Assembly: GCF_963921235.1 (NCBI RefSeq)
Contig: NC_086097.1
Span: forward strand, 178,376,001 to 178,440,000
Direction: 5' to 3'
Length of the DNA: 64,000 nt
Origin: Mobula hypostoma
Taxonomy: Eukaryota
Shown: piece after piece, positions 52,365 to 64,000 of the stretch
Position numbering within the stretch: the first letter of the stretch is position 1
Layout: every line of letters starts with the position of its first letter
Program-made: the position numbers and the translations under genes
The notes under the pieces: generated by a model
What the model was told of the DNA's origin: nothing
The model's input: only the letters and a program-made list of their open reading frames with translations
Databases searched by the model: none

Positions 52365-52825
52365 GTACTGTCGGAAATACCCAATGGAATGGGCAGCATT
52401 TATGGAGAGAGGTGTAGAGTTAATGTTTGACCTGGGGAGGGGAGGGTCTTTGACTGGAAAAATAAAACTTACCCATCTCTTCTTCTCACCTGCCATCATC
52501 TCTCTCTGGTTTCCCTCCTCCTTCCCTTTCTCCCATGGTTCATTCCCTCCTGTCAGTTTCCTCCTTCTTCAGCCCTTTACCTTTCCTATCTATCATCTCT
52601 CAGCTTCTCACTTCATCCCTGCTCCATCATGCAACTATCCTCTCCCTCATATGGTTTCACTATCACTTGCCAATTTGTATTCCTTCCACTCCCCCACCTC
52701 CTTTCCTTTCCTGATGAAGGGTCTCAGCCCAAAATGTCTAGTATTTACCCCTCCATAGATGCTGCATGTCTTGCTGAGTTCCTACAGCAGTTTGTGTTTG
52801 TTCCTCTGGAGTTCCAGTATCTTCA
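52365..52825. mobile_element. Penelope-like pseudo-LTR with hammerhead-like motif
   Basis: Pyrimidine tract as at 38400-38640, then CTGATGAAGGGTCTCAGCCCAAAATGTC (52711-52738) and the repeat arm. Confidence 0.75.
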
Positions 52826-54939
52826 GAATCTCTCGTGTTTATAAACTGCTTCTCCCTCCACAGATGCTGCCGGACCTGATGAGTGTTTCCAGCATTCTCT
52901 GATTTTATTTCAGATATCCATCATCTGCTGCTTGTTTTGATTTCCTTTTCTTGCTGTTGATCAGTCAGGATCTAGGGGAGTCCAAAATTGGGAGGCACAG
53001 GTTTACGGTGAGAGGGAAAAACTTAAAAGGGGCTTGAGGGGAAACCTTTTCACACAGAGGTTGGTAAATATATGGAACAAGCTGCCAGAGGAGGTGGTTG
53101 AGACAGGTACAATAGTATCACTTAAGAAGCACTTGGGTAGGTACATGGAGGGGAGGGGCTTAGAGGGAACACAGGAAATTGGGACTAGCTGTGTAGGGGT
53201 CATTGTCCACTTAGGCAGAAGGGCCTGTATTTGTGCTGTGTTGCTCTATGACTCTATAGGAGAGGAATATTTGCCTTTATACTGGATCTTTCATAATAAT
53301 GATGACCTAAAGCTTTTTACAGGAGTTTATACGGGGGAGGTGTAGAGATGGTCTTTCCCCTGTGCAAGATATCTGGGTCGAAGAGTTACACTCTAAATAA
53401 AAGTTTGTCCATTCAGGATAGAGCCAAGAAGAAATTTCCTCATCTGGAGTGTGGTGGTGAATCACTGGAATTCTCTTACCAAGAACCTTGTGGAGGCTCA
53501 GAGTGATTGCTTTCAGAATCAGCATCAGGTTTATTATCGCTGTCTTATATGACATGAAATTTGTTGTTTTGTGGCAGCTATGCACTGCAAAGACATAACA
53601 TTGCTATAAATAAAGTCTACTACAAATGATATGAATACTGAACATTCCATTTTCAGGTAACCCTCACCTCCGGTGTGGTTCCCCTTTTTCCCATCTCCCA
53701 ACACACTTCCATTCTCCTCCTGTCTCTACTTTTCCCCTCCACACCATCCCCCCCAAGCCATTTTTGTCCACCTACCACCCACACACTTCACCCATTTGTT
53801 TCCATCTGCCATATACCTCTCTCCAAATGGCTACCATTCTCACCTCCTTGACTTACCATATACCAGCACTGGCAAACCTTACAGTCCATGCTATTTTCCC
53901 TCCGGCAGTCATCTCCAGCCTTCATACCTCTCTCTCCCCTCCTGGCTTCATCTGCTTTTCTTTTGCCTTCAGCTAACACTTACCTTTCTCTCTCTCCCAA
54001 CTTCTCCCTCCCCCTGCCCTAATTCGCTCCACCTGCCCATCATCCTTAACCCTCCTCTCAGACCATGACGAGATATCTTGGCAGATCATGTCACCGTCCA
54101 GGCCATGCTCTCTTCTTGCTGCTGCCATCAGCAAGGAGATATAGGAGGTTTAGGTCCTACACCATCATTAATAAAACTGAGAACAGAAGTTGTGGACTCA
54201 CTTTCAACTTGTGTGTAGATTTTCACTGATTATATTGTATTTCTTTGTCTACTGAATATCTGCAAGAAAATGATTCTTAGATATACAACCTCAAAGAATG
54301 TATACATCTACTGTACATACTTTGATAATAAATTTAATTTGAACTTTTTAGCATTTAAGAGGTTTGTTTCTAAAGTCCGATAATGGTAGGTAGAAGGTAT
54401 CCTTGAGCCAGCTGGCACATGTTTGCAAGCTTTCGTATCTTCTGCTCAGTGGAAGAGGGGAGAAGGGAGAATGATGGGGTGGGAGGGATCTTTGATTATG
54501 TTGGCTCATAATATTATATACTTCTACCAAGTTCTTTCATTCCAGAGAAAACAAGGTAACTCAATCCAGTATATCCCCATAATAGAAACCCTCTAACTCA
54601 GGCAACATACTGGTAAATATCTTCTGCAGTGTCTAGTGTAATCACATCCTCAATTTACTCCTCAATTTAATCAACACCTCACCACCTCAGCAATATTTTG
54701 AGTGTAGAATGAACTTAGCAAAGCCTTATTTAGTCCTCAATTAGATTGTTGCAGCCCAATGTAGTCACCACATTTTAAGAAGGGTATCAATTTCCTAGGG
54801 AAGGAGCAGAGGAGATTCACTGGAATGGAGCAAAGGACCAGAGGTTTCCCATCCAAGGATAGACTGGAGAAGATGAGGTTGTTTCTCTTGGGAGCCTTGA
54901 CAGAGCTGGACAAGATTGGAGAGGGTTCCTTAATGATTG

Positions 54940-55985
54940 ATGACACCTTCTCGAGGCACCGCCATCATCCCCTCATTACTATTTAACAAGGTGCAAAACC
55001 TGATCCTCGGTACCTCTCTCTGCAGCTGGATCCTTGACTTGATCAGAGACCACTATCAACGTGGATTGGTAATAATATCTCTTCCTTACCGACAATCAAC
55101 ACAGGTGCATTTCAAGAATACTGTATGTGCTTAACCCACCGCTCTACTCACTCTACACCCATGATTCTGTGGCTAACACGGTGCAAACACCATCTATAAA
55201 TTTGCCATTGGCACCACTATTGTTGGCAGAATTTCAGATGGTGATAAGAAGGTATACAGGAGTGAGATAGATCAGCTGGTTGAGTGGCGTTGCAACAACA
55301 ATCTTGCACTCAAAGTCACCAAGACCAAGGAACTGACTGTGGACTTCAGGAAGGGGAAACGTGGACAACAGTGCACACCAGTCCTCATCAGGGGGTCAGG
55401 AGTTGAAGCTTCAAGTTCTTGGGAGTTCTTGGATTCTGTGGCAGTACAGTGCAAGACAAAAAACTATAAGTTACAATAAAAAATAAAATAAATTGTGCAA
55501 AAGAGGAAGATCCATGTAGTGAATTATTCAGAAATCTGATAGTGGAAGGAAGAAGCTGTTCTTAAAGTGTTGAGTGTGCATCTTCAGGTTCCCGTACCTC
55601 CTCCCTAATGGCAGTAATGAGGAGAGGGTATGATCCAAATGCTGAGGGTCCTTAATAATGGATGCTGCCTTCTTGAGGCACTGCTTTTTGACGGTGTTCT
55701 GAATGATGGAGAGGTTTGAGTCTTTGATTGAGTTGGCTAAGTCTACAGCTCTCTGATCTTGTGCATTGGGTCCTCCATACCAGGTGGCGATGCAACCCAC
55801 TCAGAGTGCTCTCCATGGTATATCTACAGAAATTTTCGAGAGTCTCTGGTGACATAGAAAATCTCCTCAGACCTCTAATGAGGCATGTCTTCTTTGTGAT
55901 TGCATCAATAAATTTGGACCTGGATAGATTCTCTGAGATATTGATGCGCAGGAACTTGACGCTTTTCACCTTTTCCACCATGAAG
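54940..55985. mobile_element. Two converging Rex1/Babar fragments (+ about 54940-55420, - about 55425-55985)
   Basis: LCSWILD and KTKELTVDFRK on plus; KFLRINISENL and LPLGRRYGNLK on minus. Confidence 0.78.
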
Positions 55986-56404
55986 GTGGAGGAAAAGAAG
56001 TCCCAGCCTATCCAGTCCTTCCTTATCACTCAAATTTTCTAGGCCCAGTAACATTCTCATAAATCCATTTGTGCTCAGTTCAATAACATCCTTCCTATTG
56101 CAGAAAAGGCAGAACTGTATGCAGTGTGTTGTCAGTGTCTTGTACCTCTGTAAGGTGAAATTCCAATCCCTGTACTTAGTATCCTAACCAATGAAGGCAA
56201 GCATGTCAAATGCCTTTTTCACTGCCCTGTCTACCTATGTCACCACATTCAAGGAACTATGCATTTGAACTCCTATGTGTCTCTGTACCTGAACACTCCG
56301 CAGGGTCGTACCATTTAATGTGTAAGTCCTGTCCTGATATTACTTATTCATCACTAACTTTGGATCTTCTGTGACCACCCAGTGGGTAGGCAATTCATCT
56401 GACA

Positions 56405-57508
56405 TAAAACCATAAGACCATAAACATAGGAGCAGAATTAGGCCACCTTGCCCATTGAGTCTGCTCCACCATTCAATCATGGCCGATCCGTTTTTCTATA
56501 TTCTCCTCAACCCCAGTTCCCATCCTTCTCCCCGTAACCCTTGATGCCATGTCCAATCAAGAACCTATCAATCTCTGCCTTAAATACATCCAACGACCTG
56601 GCCTCCACAGGTGCATGTGGTAATAAATTCCTCAAATTCACCACTCTTTGGCTAAAGAAGTTTCTCCGCATCTCTGTTTTGAAAGGGCGCCCCTCTATCC
56701 TGAGGCTGTGCCGTCTTGTCCTAGACTCCCACCATGGGAAACATCCTTTCCACATCTACTCTGTCTAGGCCTTCCAACATTTGAAATGTTCCAATAACAC
56801 CCGACCCCCCCCCTTCATCTTTCTAACTTCCAGTGAGTACAGACTCAGAGCCATCAAACGGTCCTCATATGATAACCATTTCATTCCTGGAATCATCCTT
56901 GTGAACCTCCTCTGGACCCTCTCCAATGCCAGCACATCTTTTCCTAGATGAGGAGCCCAAAACTGTTCACAATACTCAAGATGTGACCTTGCCAGTACCT
57001 TATAAAGCCTCAGCATCACACTCATGCTCTTGTATTCAAGACATCTTGAAATGAATGCTAACATTGCATTTGCCTTTCTCACTACTGATTCAGCCTGAAA
57101 GTTAACCTTCAGGGTGATATGCACAAGGACTCGCAATCTCTTTGCATCTCAGATTTTTGGATTTTCTCTCCATTTAGAATATAGTCTGCTCATTTATTTC
57201 TACTACTAAAGAGCATGACCATGCATTTTCCAACATTACATTTCATTTGCCACTTCCTTGCCCATTTTCCTAATCTGTCTAAATCCTTCTGCATCCTACC
57301 TGTTTCCTCAACACCACCTGCCCCTCCACCATCTTCATGTCATCTGCAAACTTGGCAACAAAACCATCTACTCCATCATCTAAATCATTTATATACAGCA
57401 TAAAAAGAAGTGGACCGGACACCGACCCCTGCAGAACACCACTAGTCACTGGCAGCCGAGCAGAAAAGGATCCTTTTATTCCCACTCACTGCCTCCTACC
57501 AATCAGTT
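56405..57508 (-). mobile_element. 5'-truncated CR1
   Basis: SGVLQGSVSGPLLF, KFADDMK, HLEYCEQFW and tail. Confidence 0.92.
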
Positions 57509-58456
57509 GCAGTGTAATGGGGGGACAAAATTGAAAAGGATGACAAATACAGGACTGAAGGTGCTATATTTGAATGCACGCAGTTAAAGATTGGAAAGTA
57601 TGACATTATGGACATCATTGAATTGTGGGTAAAAGAAGATCATGGTAGGGAGTATCTGAGGATACTCTTTGAATTGAAAGCACAGGCAAGTAGACAGAGG
57701 GGGAGGTCTGGCTCTGTTGGTAGAAAAATTAAATCAAATCCTTAGAAAGAGGTGACATAGGATCAGAAGATGTAGAATCATAGTGGGTAGAGTTTAGAAA
57801 CTGCAAATGTAAAAAGACCCTAACAGGAATTATGTACAGGCCCCTGAACAGTAACCAGGATGTGGACTACAAATTGCAGCAGGAGATTGAAACTGCAGGT
57901 CAAAGGAGCAATGTTACAAGGGTAATGTTGCAATAGTCATGGGGGCTTTCAATATGCAACAAGATTGGGAAAATCAGGTTGGTGCTGATCTTGGACCCCA
58001 AGAGGGGGAATTTGTAGAATGCTGACGAGATAGCTTTTTGATATACAGCTTACGGTTGAGCCAATGAGGGGATCAGCTATTCTGGACTGGGTTTTGTGCA
58101 ATGAACCAGGTTTGATTAGGGAGCTTCAGGTAAAGGAAACCTTAGGTGACAATGATCATAGTATGATAGCATTCACCCTGCAGTTTGAGAGAGATAAGAT
58201 AAAGTCAGATGCATCAGTATTACAGTGGAATAATGAGAATTACTAAATCATGTAAGAGGAGCAGGCCAAAGTTGTTTGGAAGGGGACACTAGCAAGGACG
58301 ATGGCAGACAGCAGTGGCTGGAGTTTTTGTGACCAGTTCGGAAGACGCAGGATAGATACATCCCAAAGAAGAAATAGTATTCTAAAATCAGGATGGCACA
58401 ACCATTGCTGACAATGGAAGTCAAGGCCAAAACAAAAGCAAAAGAGAGGGCATATA

Positions 58457-60015
58457 GAGTAGCATACAAAAGTTTGGGCACCCCTTGTCAAAATTTCTGT
58501 TACTGTGAATAGCTAAGTGAGTTAAAGATGACACATTTCTTTAATATTTTAAGCAAGATTACTTTTTTATTTCCATCTTTTATAGTTTCAAAATAACAAA
58601 AAAGGAAAAGGGCCCGAAGCAAAAGTTTGGGCACCCTGCATGGTCAGTACTTAGAAACACTCCCTTTGGCAAGTATCACAGCTTGTAAACGCTTTCTGTA
58701 GCCAGCTAAGAGTCTTTCAATTCTTGTTTGGGGGATTTTCGCCCATTCTTCCTTGCAAAGGGCTTCTAGTTCGGCAAGATTCTTGGGCTGTCTTACATGC
58801 ACTGCTCTTTTGAGGTCTATCCACAGATTTTCAATGATGTTTAGGTCAGGGGACTGTGAGGGCCATGGCAAAACCTTCAGCTTGTGTCTGTTGAGGTAGT
58901 TCATTGTGGATTTTGAGGTGTGTTTAGGATCATTATCCTGTTGTAGAAGCCATCCTCTTTTCATCTTCAGCTTTTTTACAGACAGTGTGATGTCTGCTTA
59001 ATAGTTAATAGAATTCATTCTTCCTTCTACCAGTGAAATGTTCCCAGTGCCACTGGCTGCAACACAAGTCCAAAGCATGATCGATTCGCCACCGTGCTTT
59101 ACAGTTGGAGAGGTGTTCTTTTCATGAAACTCTGCACCCTTTTTTCTCCTTTGCTCATTGGGGCCAAAAAGTTCTATTTTAACTTCATCAGTCCACAAGA
59201 CTTGTTTCCAAAATGCATCAAGCTTGTTTAGATGTTCCTTTGCAAACTTCCGACGCTGAATCTTGTGGTGAGGATGCAGGAAAGGTTTTCTTCTGAGGAC
59301 TCTTCCATGAAGATCATATTTGTGCAGATGTCACTGCACAGTAGGACAGTGCACCACCACTCCAGAGTCTGCTAAATCTTCCTGAAGGTCTTTTGCAGTC
59401 AAACGGGGGTTTTGATTTGCCTTCCTAGGAATCCTACAAACAGTTCTCTTGGAAAGTTTTCTTGGGCTTCCAGACCTCAACTTGTCCTCTACCGTTCCTG
59501 TTAACTGCCATTTCTTAATTACATTATGAACTGAGGTAACGACTACCTGAAAACGCTTTGCTATCTTCTTACAGCCTTCTCCTGCTTTGTGGGCATCATT
59601 TATTTTAATTTTCAGAGTGCTTGGCATCTGTTTATGGCTGCTGATTGTTGGGACAAAGTTTGAGGAATCAGGATATTTACAAAGCTTTGAAATTTGCCTC
59701 ACCTGGCCTTTCCTAACAATGACTGTGAACAAGCCATAGCCCTAACAAGCTAATTAAGGTCTGAGACCTTGGTAAAAGTTATCTGAGAGCTCAAATCTCT
59801 TGGGGTGCCCAAACTTTTGCACGGTGCTCCTTTCCTTTTTTTCACTCTAAAATTGTACAAAACAAAAATAATACACTAATCTTGCTTAAAATGTTGAAAA
59901 GAATGCATCATCTTTAACTTCAGGCCTTTTGGAAATCAGGTCATCTTTTACTCGCTTAGCTATTCACAGTAACAGAAATTTTGACCAGGGGTGCTCAAAC
60001 TTTTGCATGCCACTG
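58457..60015 (-). mobile_element. Tc1-family IR/DR DNA transposon, defective
   Basis: TA at 58455-58456 and 60016-60017. Long TIRs with the AAAAGTTTGGGCACCC motif at outer and inner positions on each side. Confidence 0.95.
58644..59630 (-). pseudogene. Tc1 DDE transposase, frameshifted
   Basis: HTH region with RSGSPRK, then WTDEVKIELFG, QQDNDPKHTS and SPDLNIIENLW. Confidence 0.93.
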
Positions 60016-61954
60016 TAATAGAGAAAAAAATAATGGGAAGTTAGAGGATTGGGAAGCTTTTAAAAGCCAACAGAGGGCAACTAATAAAAGCCATAAGGAG
60101 GGGAAAGATGAAATATGAAGCTAGCCAATAATATCAAAGAGGATAGCAAAAGTTGTTTCAGATATATAACAAGCAAAAGAGAGGCAAGAGTAGAAATCAG
60201 ACTGCTGAAAAATTATGCTGGAGGGGGGGTAACAAGGAAATGGTGAATGAACTGAATGAGTATTTTGCATCAGTCTTTACTGTGGAAGACACTAGCAATA
60301 TACTAGAGGTTTGAGAGTGTCAGGGGTCAGAATGAGTACTGTTGCTATTTCTAAGGAGAAGGTGCTTGGGAGGCTGAAGGATCTGAAGGTAGATAAATCA
60401 CCTGGACCAGATGGACAACACCCCAGGGTTCTGAAAGTGGTAGCTGAAGGGATTGTGGGGGCATTAGTAATGATCTTTGCAAGAATCAATTGATTCTGGT
60501 ATGACTCTGGAGTGCTGGAAAATTGCGAATATCACTCTATTCTTCAAGAAGGGAGAGAGGCAGAAGAAAAGAAATTATAGGCTAGTTAGTCTGACCTCAG
60601 TGGTTGGGAAGATGTTAGAGTCAATTGTTAAGGATGAGGTTTTGGCGTATCTGGAGGCACATGATGAAGTAGGCCAAAGTCAGCATGGTTTTCTTAAGGA
60701 AAAATCTTACTTGAAAAATCTGTTGGAATTCTTTGAGGAAATAACAAGCAGGATAGACAAAGGAGAATTGGTGGCTGTTGTAATCTTGGATTTTCAGAAG
60801 GCCTTTGACAAGGTACTGCACATGAGGTTGCTTATCTAGATAAGAGCCCATGGTATTACAGGAAATATACTAGCATGGATAGAGCACTGGCTGATTTGCC
60901 AGAGGCAAGGAGTGAGAATAAAGGGAGCCTTTTCTGAGTGGCTGCCAGTGACCAGTGGTGTTCCCTAGGGGTTGGGGTTGGGACCACTTCTTTTTACGTC
61001 ATATGTCATTGATTTGGATGATGGAATTAATGGTTTTGTGGCCGAGTTTGTGGATGATATGAAGGTAGGTGGAGGGACAGGTAGTGTAGAAGAAATAGGG
61101 AGGCTGGAGAAGGACTTAGACAGATTAGGAGAAAGAGCAAAGACGTAGCAGGTAGATGACAGTGTATGGAAATGTATGGTACTTTGGTAGAAGGAATAAA
61201 AGTGTAGACTATTTTCTAAATGGGGAGAAAATTCAAAACTCTAGGGTGCAAAGGGACTTGGAAGTCCATGTGTAGGATTCCTTAGTGGTTAACTTGCAGG
61301 CTTGGTCGGTGGTAAGGAAGGCAAATGCAATGTTAGCATTCATTTTGAGAGGAAAAGAATATAAAAACAAGGATGCAATGCTGAGGCTTTATAAGGCATT
61401 GGTGAGGTCTCACTTAGTATATTGCGAGCAGTATTCAGTCCCTTGTCTAAGAAAGGATGTGCTGACACTGGAGAGGGTTCAAAGGATGTTCATGAAAATG
61501 ATCCTGTGATTGAAAGGCTTATCATACGAGGAGCATTTGATGGCTCTGGGCCTGTACTCACTGGAATTTAGAAGAATGAGGGGGAGATCTTATTGAAACC
61601 TTTTGAATGTTGAAAGGCTAGATAGAGTGGATGTGGAGAGGATGTCCCTATTTTGCGGGGTGTCTAGGACCAGAGGGCTTCAGATTAGAGGGATAACCAT
61701 TTAGAAGAGAGATGAGAAGGAATTTCTATAGCCAAAGAGTGGTGAATCTGTGGAAGCTGTGGAGGCTGGGTCATTGGGTATATTTAAGGTGGAGGTTGAT
61801 AGATTCTGATAAGACAGGGTGTGAATGGTTACAGAGAAGGCAGGACGATGGGACTGAGAGAGAAGTTGATTAGCCCTGATTATATGGTGGAGCAAGCTCA
61901 ATGGCTCAAATAGCCTAATTCTGTTCGTATGGCTTATGGTGTTATGGTCCTATA

Positions 61955-62830
61955 TATTGTGAAATTTGTAGTTTTGTGGCAGTACAGAAAAAAATCACTT
62001 AAATTACAATAAGAAATAACATGAATAGATAGTGTAAAGGAAGAATAGTGAGGTAGTATTCATTGGTGCCTCTGACAGAGTTGGCTGAGTTTTCAGCATT
62101 CGATTGCCTCTTAGGATTCTATGCATTGGAGCCTCCACACCAGCTCATGATGCAAAAAATTCAAAGTTCAAAATAAATTTATTATCAAAGTACGTATATG
62201 TCACCACGTACAACCCTGCGGTTCATTTTCTTGTGGGCATACTCAATAAATCCATAATTGAGTAATAACTACAATAGAATCAATGGAAGACTGCACCAAC
62301 TGGGTGTTCAATCAGTGTGCAAAAGACAACAAACTGTGCAAATACTAAAAGAAATAAATAATAATAATAATAAATAACTAAGCAATAACTATCAAGAACA
62401 TGAGATGAAGAGTCTCCAAAAATGAGTTCATAGGTCATAAGAACATTTCAGTGATAGAGCAAGTGAAGTTGAGTGAGGTTGGTTGAAGAACCTAATGGTT
62501 CAGAGGTATTAACTGGTGGTGTGAGTCCTGAGGCTCCTGTACCTTCTTGGTGGCGGATGAGAAAACAGAGCATGATCTCAGTGGTGGTGGTCCCTGTTGA
62601 CGGATGCTGCTTTCTTATGAATTGCTCCATGTAGATGTGCTCAATGGTGGGAAGTCAGGATGCTCTCCACAGCACGTCTGTAGAAATATGCTAGAATCTT
62701 TGGTGACATACCAAATCTCCTCAAAGTCTGAAGGAAATACAGCCTCTGATATGTCTTCTTAGTGGTTGCATCAATATGTTGGGCTCAGGATTGATCTCCT
62801 GCGATGCTAACCCCTAGGAACTTGACCTCT
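61955..62830 (-). mobile_element. Nested Rex1/Babar 3' fragments
   Basis: Tail motifs and RFGMSPK coding remnant at about 62700. Confidence 0.65.
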
Positions 62831-64000
62831 GCACATTCATTTGGCTATCTAAGAGCCCCTTGAACATCACTATTGTATTTGCCTTCATCGCCAGCCCTGA
62901 CAGTGCATTCCAGGCACCTAACACTCTCTGTGTTGAAAAGATGCCCCATACTTCACCTTTGAACTTATTCCTGTCACATTACATGCATGACCTCCTATGC
63001 TTGACATTTCTATCCTGGAAAAAACAATTCTCTTTGTCTACTCTATGCCTTTCATAACTGTATGAACTTCTATTAGGTTTCTCCTCAATTTCTGACTCTA
63101 CAGAGAAAACATCTCAACTTTGTCCAATCATGTCCTCCAATTTAGGCAACATCTTGGTCAGCCTCTTCTGTATCTTCTTCAGAGCCACCCGATAGTTCGG
63201 AAAATCAGCTAATCAATCACCACGCCCAATCCAAGAGTGCTGGTTTAATAGAGTTTTACTGCTGATTGTTTAGTAAATGGGATGAAAGTAATTCTAGCTA
63301 TTCACAATCTACAAATGTTGCTTTTATGAAATAAATTCATTAACATGGACAAGCTTGAAATGAGGCACTGCACTATGTCTCCAGTGAAATTCTAAGTTTT
63401 CCGACCCATCTGACGCCAGCCTGTCTCAACCCCGCCCCCCTTCAGATCGATTGCTTCAGTCTTAATAAATATCATAGTCCCACACCAAGGAATTGATTTA
63501 TCTGCATTAAAACATATTTTAATACCTCCGGAATCCAAGAGGATTTCCTAGCAGGATATTTGAGTTGAAAGGCCTGTTCCGAGGATGTAAAGACAAATAA
63601 TTGACCCACAGGCATCTGGGGAATTTGCTCAGTTACTCTTGAATACAGGGAATAAGAAAGCTTGGATCCTGACTGTGTAGGATTGCCATCAAACCTCTGT
63701 CCTTTACTCAGTCTGAACTAGCTAACCAGGTTGATGACAGGGGACTGCTAATTTTTTAAAGATTTCTTTCCCATTCTTTTAAGATTTATTAGTGTCAAAA
63801 CAATTTTGCAAAACTGGCCTTTATTGTTGGTGCTTGAGAAGGGGACTAGTATAATAAATTTGTGTTGATTCAGCATGTCACCAAAGCCTTCGATGAACTT
63901 TCATAGATGCGCATTGCTAACTAATTGCTTTATGTCCTTGTATGAAAACACCAATGCCCAGGAACAAAAAAGATGACAGAAGGTGATGGATACAGCCCAG

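Larger units (their letters stand above)
57510..61950 (+). mobile_element. CR1 ORF2-length copy (APE and RT), interrupted by Tc1
   Basis: LKVLYLNARS, MGGFN, AILDWVLCNE, KSPGPDG, DFQKAFDKV and a (TTATGG)n tail. Confidence 0.92.

Noticed and set aside
1..64000. Intact host gene or prokaryotic defence system
   Set aside because: Every recognisable coding piece is a disrupted transposon ORF; small exons cannot be excluded without transcript data.

Overview
Repeat-saturated eukaryotic intergenic or intronic DNA with no host exon I can support. The mix of CR1 LINEs, V-SINEs, a Deu-domain SINE, Rex1/Babar and Penelope pieces suggests a cartilaginous fish (shark or ray); this is inference. Main contents: a near full-length CR1 LINE (485-4110, minus) and many CR1 fragments; a decayed two-LTR Ty3/Gypsy chromovirus (26568-32494, minus); an IR/DR Tc1 transposon nested in a CR1 (58457-60015); a Tigger/pogo element; a hAT element with an 8-bp TSD; a solo LTR; tRNA-derived SINEs; Penelope-like GIY-YIG remnants; and a 30-bp minisatellite. 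The most interesting signals are RNA-structural. (1) An HDV-like self-cleaving ribozyme fold at the 5' end of a non-coding RTE-type retroposon (13443-13789, minus), split by a later insertion and with an unusual hairpin in L3. (2) Dispersed, CpG-decayed minimal hammerhead ribozyme motifs in Penelope-like terminal repeats. (3) A tRNA-independent self-priming PBS in the chromovirus. All family assignments come from motif recognition by eye, not database searches.
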